A DNA stretch of 64,000 bases. Source: a virus. Numbering within the stretch: position 1 is the stretch's first letter; each line of letters begins with the position of its first letter. Shown one piece after another: positions 29,401 through 38,400 of this stretch. The DNA lies in the IMG/VR virus record IMGVR_UViG_3300045738_000438, positions 3,432-67,431 of that record; one strand, written 5' to 3'. The notes under the pieces are model-generated. The model searched no databases. It had not been told where the DNA came from and saw only the letters and a list, made by a program, of their open reading frames with translations. The position numbers were made by a program, and so were the translations under genes.

Positions 29401-32400
29401 ACCACGTCAGACTTTATATCCAAGTCACTCTCGGAGAAGGACGGCACTTGGGTTGCCACGGACTCACGCACGTCTAAGAAGATCAATTTAATTACAATGG
29501 ACGAGACACCTCAGGACGAGGTGGTTCAGGCCATTGTGGACAACATCAAAGTTGTAGGGCTTAGGAAGATACTGGCTAAGGCGCAAGCCAGCGGTGTTGT
29601 CACGTTGGAATCTATCCGCTCATTAATAAATGAAGCCGAGAAAGGCAAATCAAAACAAGATAAAAACCTAGAGCGGGTTTATAGTGGCAGCATTGAGGAC
29701 GCACCCAAGCTTGCAAAGGCACTGGTAAGTGCAATTAGTTTCTTCTCGGAACCCAAGTACTACAGGGATTTAATACAGAGGGAATACCAAGGCAAGATAA
29801 GCAGGGACGAAGAGGCTGAAATCAGAAAACAGGCAGCCGCCCTGAAGAGCAGGGGGGATAAGGAGATACGCGCATACGCAATCACGCGGCTGCTCACCAA
29901 CGCATCCGAGATATCAGACCGGATGCGCCGTGACCGAAAGACTGCTGACGATACGCTTGGCTATACCCCGGTTGATGTGGACTCAGATACGGCAGACCTA
30001 AGGCCGAGGGAGAACTGGGCTGACGAGCTAACCAAGCTGGAGGAAGAACAAGAAGGGACAGTTGATTCAGGCGAGACCGTTAAGACAGACACGCGCCCAA
30101 GATCACAGTTAATAGATGACCTTGCTAACAGCATTGAGAAAAGCAAGCGCGGCTCACAAATGTTGGAGTCCATTGATTTTGACAACCCAACCGCCAAGGA
30201 CATTGAGACAGCGCAGGAACTTGCCAGCGCAGTAGCACCTGACAATCCAGCATTGGTGTTGGGAATCCTTCCAGATGTCCAGCGGCGTTTGTTCTCAGCA
30301 GCAGGCAGGCTTGGGGTCACCAAACTGAAATCAGGCAAGGCGTTCCCTGACGCCAAGGGGCCGGTTCAGATTTCCAAGATAGTCAACGACCCGTTTAACG
30401 GGATGACAGACAAGCAGCGCGGCAGGGCACAGGCGTTGTTACGCAGGATGGTGCCCGCAGTGCTTAACAACCTCACGCTTAGGGTAAGGACAGGTGTGAC
30501 CGACTCCACCATTGGGGGTGAGGGTATCTACTTTGAGGGTTCGTTCAATTCCCTGCTCAACCTTGCCGAGGTGGTGACGGGCGAGGACACGTCTCCTGAC
30601 GTTGTGGCCGAGGAGATTGCTCACTTCACAGCCAAGGTTCTTCCTGCCAAGTACAGGAGGGACGCCATCAGGCTGCAACGAGCGGCTCTTGGCAGGCGCA
30701 TCAAGGAGGTTGAGGCCGAGTTGGATAACGAGGAGAGCGCAGAACGCTTGAAGATTCTAAAGGCACTGCTTGGTACCCTTGACGAAATAAAGAGACGAGG
30801 GGGAGAGGTTAACTCACGGGAGTATGCCACCATTGCAAACTACTTTGCAGTGAGCGAAGGAGTTGAAGTAGATGAAACGGGGAGGACGCCACAGGAAAGG
30901 GTGCAAGACATGTTCGTTCAGGACAGAGCCTTATACTATGATAGTATAACGGCCAGTGTCGGCACCGAGGCAATGGATGCTGACTACAATAAAGCACTGC
31001 TTGGCGACAACGGGAACGACAACCTAAAAGAGTTGGTAAGCGGCATGTCTGAAACGCTTGAGCTAGGAAAACTGCATGAAGAATACAAGAAGGCTAAGAT
31101 ATCCCTAAGGGGGGTGAGCCGGGGCAGACCAGAGGCAGAGACGGATGAAATAATAACTGCTTCTTATGCTATATGGAGAGCCATAAAAAAGTGGGAAGAA
31201 AGGAACCCTTATTCCACTGCAAAGATTCGCAAGATGATTGAAGGTGCCGCCGAGCTTGGTGGCTACACCACCAAAGGATGGCACGGCTCAACACATTTTC
31301 TAGAGGACAACAAATACAAGAGTGAATACCTTGGCGATGCCACTGGGGCAGCTTCAGCAAAAGAAGGGTTCTTCTTCTCTAAAGACAAGTTCACAGCAGA
31401 GTCTTACGGTAACGTCATAGCTTCCAAGGAATCGTTTGATGGCTTACGGGTTGATGACAAGTTTTTAATGGAGCAAATCCTTAAGCTTAACGAGGCCATG
31501 AAGAAGGAGCGCGGCACATTCCTTTTCAAAGGGGAGACGGTTTACGATGCGGACAACCTGATGGCCGAGGGCACGGTTGACCTTGACCACCCTGACGCAC
31601 GAACAGATTTGGAGATTGAGTTGGCTGACAGAGAGAAATTCCAAGGGGAGTCTGGCGTTAACCAAAACGAGAAGAGCTACAGTTATAACCACCCCGGACT
31701 GTTCCCCGGACAAAAGGCCAAGAACGATAAGAGGGCTGAGGAGGAGGGCGGGGTTGGGCCTTACGTTTACAGGAGAGACATTTATAAACTAGAAGGCAGT
31801 CCAGACACGCTGGGATTTGCTCCGCGTGGGAACCCAAAACGGTGGCTGGGGAGTGGGCGAGGCATCAAGGATAAAATACTGGAAGCACAAGACTTCATCT
31901 TGGATTACATAGTGAGTGACATCCTTGAATACGGGCACGGTGTTTTCCACGGGAAAGACTTTGATGATTTATCGTTTTATATTAGCAGCGGTTCGTTAAC
32001 AGAATTCTGGGATAAGGACACCCAGAACACCCTCAGCCCTGAAGCCGTAGAATCTATCCAGAACGCTGAAAGGAATATAGATAGATGGGTGGAAACGGAC
32101 ATAGACATTGGCCCAGCCGATGTGTGGGCTGCCGCTGGTTCCAAGCAGGAGGGTGTTCAGGCCAAGGGGCTTTCAAAGGAGTTCAAGCGTGTTGCTGTTC
32201 AGGTTCTCAAAAGCCTTAGGAGTAACAAGGCGGCAATGCTTCAGCGGGACAACCCAGACCTAGACCCTGAGTTCTCAAGCACCATAGACAGGTACACATC
32301 CCAACTGCATGAGGTTTACCTTCGTATGGTTGACCCCGGAACCCACGATGACAAGGAAATGGGGTACAGGGAGGAAACCTATTTAAACCGGATCGCCTTT

Positions 32401-35400
32401 GACAGGGCCGTTGGGAAAGACTCAACAATTATTAAGAACACCCAAGACGGGGGGACTAAGTGGACTGGTAAGTACATTCAGGGGGCCAGTGAGTTCACTG
32501 ACGTGTATGTGGTGTATGAGCCAGAGCAGATTAAGTCATCAGAGATCATTACCTTCAGCCTTGATCCGGTAACAAAGGTGCCGGTCTTTGTCCCCCCGTC
32601 AAAGCGGTTCAACGTAATGAACGCCAACGTGGCGCACTCGTTCCGCTACCGCAAGGGCCGAGCGATTGGCAGCCCAAAGAGGCCCGTGATGAGCAAGGCC
32701 ATGAACTTCTTCGGCCAACCAAGTGGGCCGTTTGAGGTGGATGTGAACTGGCTAACCAAATCTGAAGTGCAGAATCTGAAGAGGCTGCTAAAGAAAGCCG
32801 TAGCCAGCGGAGAAGGTGGCAGGTACTGGTACGAGCGCAGCAGTGACATGATCCTGAAGTTAACCGGGGGCAACGTCACCGAGGCTGAGAGGGTGGTGCA
32901 ACTCATTGCCATCTTCTCTCCGCAAAACAGGGTGCAGCCCAACTTGGACGCCGCCCTTAAGGCTTACATGCGGTGGCGCAGTGGCATGACAAGGGCCGCG
33001 TTTGTCCACCCTGATCACAACATGAAGATGGGGCGGGACATGGAGAACGCCGCTGACCTTCTTTATGACGGCAAGGAATGGGCTGGCCGCAAGACAAACA
33101 ATTTCTATAACAACCTGATGATCCTCATTGATCCCACGCGCACGCAGGGGGCAACCGTGGACATGTGGATAGCGCGTATGTTTGGGTACAAGACAGACAG
33201 CCCGTCTGACGCGCAGTACACATTCATGGAGGAAATGATGGGGCAGATTTCCACCAACATCGGATGGACTATACATCAGGTTCAGGCAGGCATGTGGGTC
33301 TATGCACAGGGCTTGTGGGTCTCCATGAAGGGAGAAATTAACAAGGCCGCTGAAGAAGCCGGGATAAAGAAGGACAAAGAGACAGGCAAGTACAACCTAT
33401 CCGACCCTGAGTACGACAGGCTATACAGGAAGATGTTCCATGAGCGCGTGAAGAAGGACTTACGCATGAAGAAGGACTCAGCCGGGAAGTACACCGTCAC
33501 CGAGGAAGACCTGCTTGATTTCTCACACGCCACTGCCCGCAGGGTGATCAGCTTCAGCAACGAGTTCATCCCCGGAAACTCAACCGGGATACTTAGCGGG
33601 ATGATCCATGCGCCAGACGCTATTAAGGTTGAGTATACAGCCAACATGCTCCAAGCATTCTATGATCGGAAGACCAAGAGAAGCATCATAGGGGAGGAGC
33701 TTGGGTGGTCAACCATCACTGGTATGGACGAAGTATATACGGGATCAAGTACATACATTAACAAGGATGGTGAGACCGAGTCCAATCCCTCAACCGTTGT
33801 CCAAGGCTACGGCGGTTCAGCCAAGGGCGGTGAAGGCTCAGGAAAGCTTGAGCGTGATGCTGACCTGTCTCCGCTTTCCGAGAGCATGTATACCGAGGAG
33901 TTAATACTCCAAAGCCTATACGCAAGGCAGGAGATGGGTGCTGGGTACAGGGCAATGGATGGCGGGACAGCGTCCCAAAATAAAGGGGCAACCATTGACG
34001 TAGGCAAGCCACTGAACGCGCAGGAGACAAGGAGTTTGGTCTGGGCTACTGCGGATTTGGTTAAAGATGTGGGGGGGCAAGCTTGGGCGGTGTCCTTCTA
34101 CCCGAATCCTAATGGCATCACTATGGTTAACCTCTCTGCTGAGGCGTCAATGATTCCGAACGAGGAATTCAAAGCCTTTGTTAAGAAGGCCATAACCAAA
34201 GCAACACAGGTGCAACACGTAGGCAGGCCCGCTCTTAAAAAGAAAGACTTGCCTAAACCACCCAAGTTTAATATCAAAGTCTTTACAGCGGACACTGTAT
34301 TTGTAGAAAACAACTGGAAAGAAGACACAAATGGCGAAGGATACATCAGACGATCAATTACCGCACGGACATCCGATATACTCGCAAGGCTGGACGAGCG
34401 CATCGGCGTTCGGATCGACGCGGTTTACAGAAAGTGGGAACGAAGAGGGTATGGAAACGCCCCCACAAATCCCACCAAGTTCTCAACAGGAATCACTGAC
34501 ATCTCAGCAAGAGATGACTGGGACAGAATCCTCCGTGCTGGAGCGGAGTCTAACCTCGGAGGACGTGATGCTTCTCGTTCAGAAACAACCGTCAGAGTTA
34601 ACCAGCGAGGAGGCTTTAACCTTGTTGACTCAGTCGGTGACAAGCCTGCCACATCCCGTGACGCAGTACGAAGCGCGTCTGACGGAGACGGACGCAGCGC
34701 GGCTGGCTTCTTCTCTAATGTAACTAACGGGGCAGACGCTTCTCACATCCCAAAGCGGACAGAATACCGCCTCCTTATCCAACTGGAAGAGGGGGCGTTG
34801 TCTTTCAAGCAGGAGCGTGACAAGCACAGGGGCAACTTTGATAACCACATAGCGTCCAGCATCCCCGGCTTTGACGATCTTCAGTCTGCCGTGGGGTGGG
34901 CTATCACACAAACCTACGGTCAAGACACCGCCGACATGCTTGATGTGGGTGCGTCAGAAGGTGCGCTCAACAAGGCAATCACAGCGATGAGCCGGGGCAG
35001 GATCAGGACGGTAGCCCTTGATCCCAACCCAAGCATGGCCTTAAACTATGATAGTATAAGCAAGGTGGATGGGGCTGAGTATGCCTTGGCCGCTTGGTCA
35101 AGCAAAGAAGACGAAGGGTCTGAGTTGTGGGTGGACGAGGAGGCAGGCGCACCTATATTAGGCTACAAGCCAGACAGGCAGTTTGATGTTGTGCATGAAG
35201 CAATGACGTTCCAGTTCATTGACAACAAGCGGCCAGCCCACATTGCCCGGATGAAGGAACACTTAAAGGAGGGCGGCATAGTCATCCTTGAGGAGAAGGT
35301 TGGTGACAGGGCTGCACAGTATAGGCTTAACGAAGACCTTAAAGATGATTACAAGCGGTACTACTTCAGCGAGGATCAGATTCAAACCAAAGCCAAGGAG

Positions 35401-38400
35401 GTTTTAGCCGGGGATGAAGATGAAATTGAGGGGATGACGGAGAAGCAAGTCTCCAAGGATGAGCTTGAGTTGGCCCTGAATGAGAACTTCCAGAACGTGG
35501 TGATGATTTGGGACAGCGGAAACTTCAAAGGCTACGTTGCTTCTGACGATGCAGGCCAGTTGCAAAGGTTCCTCTCCAACCTACAGCCTACTGACACGCA
35601 GTTCAGTAACACGGTGACACCAAACGTGGTTGCGTCACCAGACACAGACCTGATTCAGTTTGCGTCCGCACGTGCAGAGACAGCACCTGACTTTACACCT
35701 GAGGGCTGGCGATCATCCGACTCTGAGGCGGGGTTCCTGTCCCAAGAACATTCACCGGGGATGCAGGAAATAATAGACAGGAGCTATGATGTGTCCAACC
35801 CGGACGAGTTCTACGCCAAGGGATTAGTGAGCAGGTCAAACGAAGGTCTGTTCAGGCGCGGCCTCAACATAGCACTCAACATACTGGACGGGATCAGGGA
35901 GGCACACGGAAACGTGGAGGCGGGGGAGAGAAGGGAGAAGCGTAAATTTTTTGAAGCGGTAGAGGACATGTTGAAGACCGGGGAAGGGTTGGACATGAAC
36001 CGATCCGCAAGCTTTAGTGGGTTGCTAATACGAGAAGGGATAGAGGCAGGCAGCCTTAACATAATTAAATCTCCAAAGCGGGTGGCTGCTGCACGTGATC
36101 TATTGCTGGAGCAAGGCAGGGCTGGCCGAGCCGAGAAGCTTGGGCAGCAGGCACGGGCAGGGACGAGTCTCATCAGGGATATAATTAAGCGTTACTTGCC
36201 GAAAGATGTGAGCAAGACGGCTTACAACATACTTGGGCTGCACCGTGCCGATGAGATGTGGGAGGTGGTTAAGAATATTCCGGGGCCAAAGGAATACACA
36301 AACCTAAGAGCCAAGTTCTTGGCCGACGACCACCCTGATCTGGCGGCATCTTTGGCTGACACCAGCTACAAGTTCCTGAAGATGGTGGAAGGCAAGATGG
36401 AGAGCATCATCGCATCCTACAGGAAGCAAGCTGACAAGATGTCCGGGGAAAAGTTTCAGAAGCTTGCTGATAAAATCCAGTTGAGCCTTGCCAAGAAGAA
36501 CCTGACGCAAGCTGCGGCGGCTGACATAGCCAAGCAACTCAATGCAGCCATCAACGCCATCAGTAGCGTGGCCCCATCTGCTAGGACAACCAATGTCCTA
36601 CTAGAAATAGCTGGGAGCGAAGAACAACTAAAAGCTTTGCAGTCCAAGAACGAGATTATCCTTGGCCGCGTTGGCCAGATTGCCAGCATCTTAAGCCAAA
36701 GCCCACAGGGCCAAAGGCTGCTCATACCAAACACCCATGCCACGGCGGCAGACGTTAAGCAATTGGCTAGGGAGATGTGGGGCGTCTTCAGGTACCAGAA
36801 GACGTTGATGAGCAGGCCGCCGAACATTGCTGGCCTGACGCCCCTGCCTTCCAAGCCCGTGTTTGATCCAGTCGGAGTTAACCTGAATATATGGGAGATG
36901 GCGGCGGGTATGTTGGCTGTCAACCACAGCCTGAAGGAGAATGCACTGGCGGTTGTGTTTGCTTCCGACCCAGACATGGAGCTTGCAAGCGTTAAGGACT
37001 TTGCCACTAAGCTGGGCAAGGACATGCAGCATAAAGACCCGCTTCAAAGGGCAGCGGCCCTGCAACGTGCGCTGAAGAAGGTCACTCGGTTCACAGAAAA
37101 AGCCGAACGTCAGCGTCTTATATTTCAGAAATACTATGAGAGCATAACGAAAGAGTTCAAGAACCTGAGAGACTTGTATCAGGCCGCACAGGTGGCGAGG
37201 CAATACCTGTTAGACCCAGACCTGAAGGAATTAAAACTGAAACTAGTCAACGATTCTAAGGCCGTTGAGGCACCCGGATTTGCTGACGAGGCTTGGTACG
37301 ACAAATTTGAAAATGGTGTTCTCCATGTCCCTGTCCCGTCCATACGTGAGGAGGGCAAGGGCAGCGTGGTAAAGGTAAGGGTTCTTTCCGACGAAGGGGG
37401 CACCAAGGAACTAAGCACCCTGATGTCAGTCATAGACACGCTTCAGAGTTGGCTCCAGAATAACTTTGATTCCGAGAAGAACGAGCCGACCTCTCCCTAC
37501 TTTGGCTTCTATTGGAACTGGTACCACCAGCTTACGACCACCTACGTGTCCGAGTTGGTGATGAACCCCAAGCAGAACGAGAGGCTGTTGTTTAACCGCA
37601 CGTTCTTTGCAATTCCAGAGCGGTGGATTGACAACTTCCCAACCCGCTCCGCAGAGATCGCCAAGCGGAGGATGCAGAGGTTCTCTACCTACTTCAACCT
37701 GATGGGGGACTGGTCGGCAAAACACGCAGCCCCTTGGAAGGTGAGCATCACCAAGGCTGCAAAGAGCCATGACATTGCACATGACACGGTGCAGGAGATG
37801 CTAAACGAGTGGAACCTAAGGGTCGGTAACGCCCTGAAATACTCCCACCAAGAAGGCGGGGTTGAGTTTGGTGTGGGGAACGAGCTTCCCAGTGGAGAAG
37901 TTGTTACCAAGGAGGACATGGCCCTGCTTGAGTACGAGTCACGCATCACGGCTGAAGCTTTCAACATCAACGAGGAGATCAGCGGGATTGACGAGTCCTT
38001 TTTGCCGACAACAATTAAGGAGCAGATTGGCAAGAAGAAGTACCAGCGCATGGCGTTGGCTAAGGGCAAGAACTTCCTGCCGCGTGTTTTCAGCAGTGAG
38101 GGAAGGCAACTGGTCAGGGACTACAAGGAGTTAACTAGGGAGAGAGAAGAGGCAACCGTAGAATTGTTTGACGATCTGATTGGGGTGAGGCGTGATGTCT
38201 TGATAAGCTTCATCAACGACAGGAACCCAGAGTTCATAGCTCAGGCACCGTCCAGTCTTGAAACAGTTTATAACGATGTGGCTGCCGAGGTGAGGGAAAA
38301 CAAAACCCCACCGGAGGTTGAAGCCATCGTTGAAAGAATTGCCGAGCTAGGCAGCAAGTCCAAGAACGCGGTCAAGGTGCAGATACTGGAGGAGTTGGCA

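Noticed and set aside
37129-37147. Additional palindrome copy AAATACTATGAGAGCATAA
   Set aside because: Four mismatches including core positions
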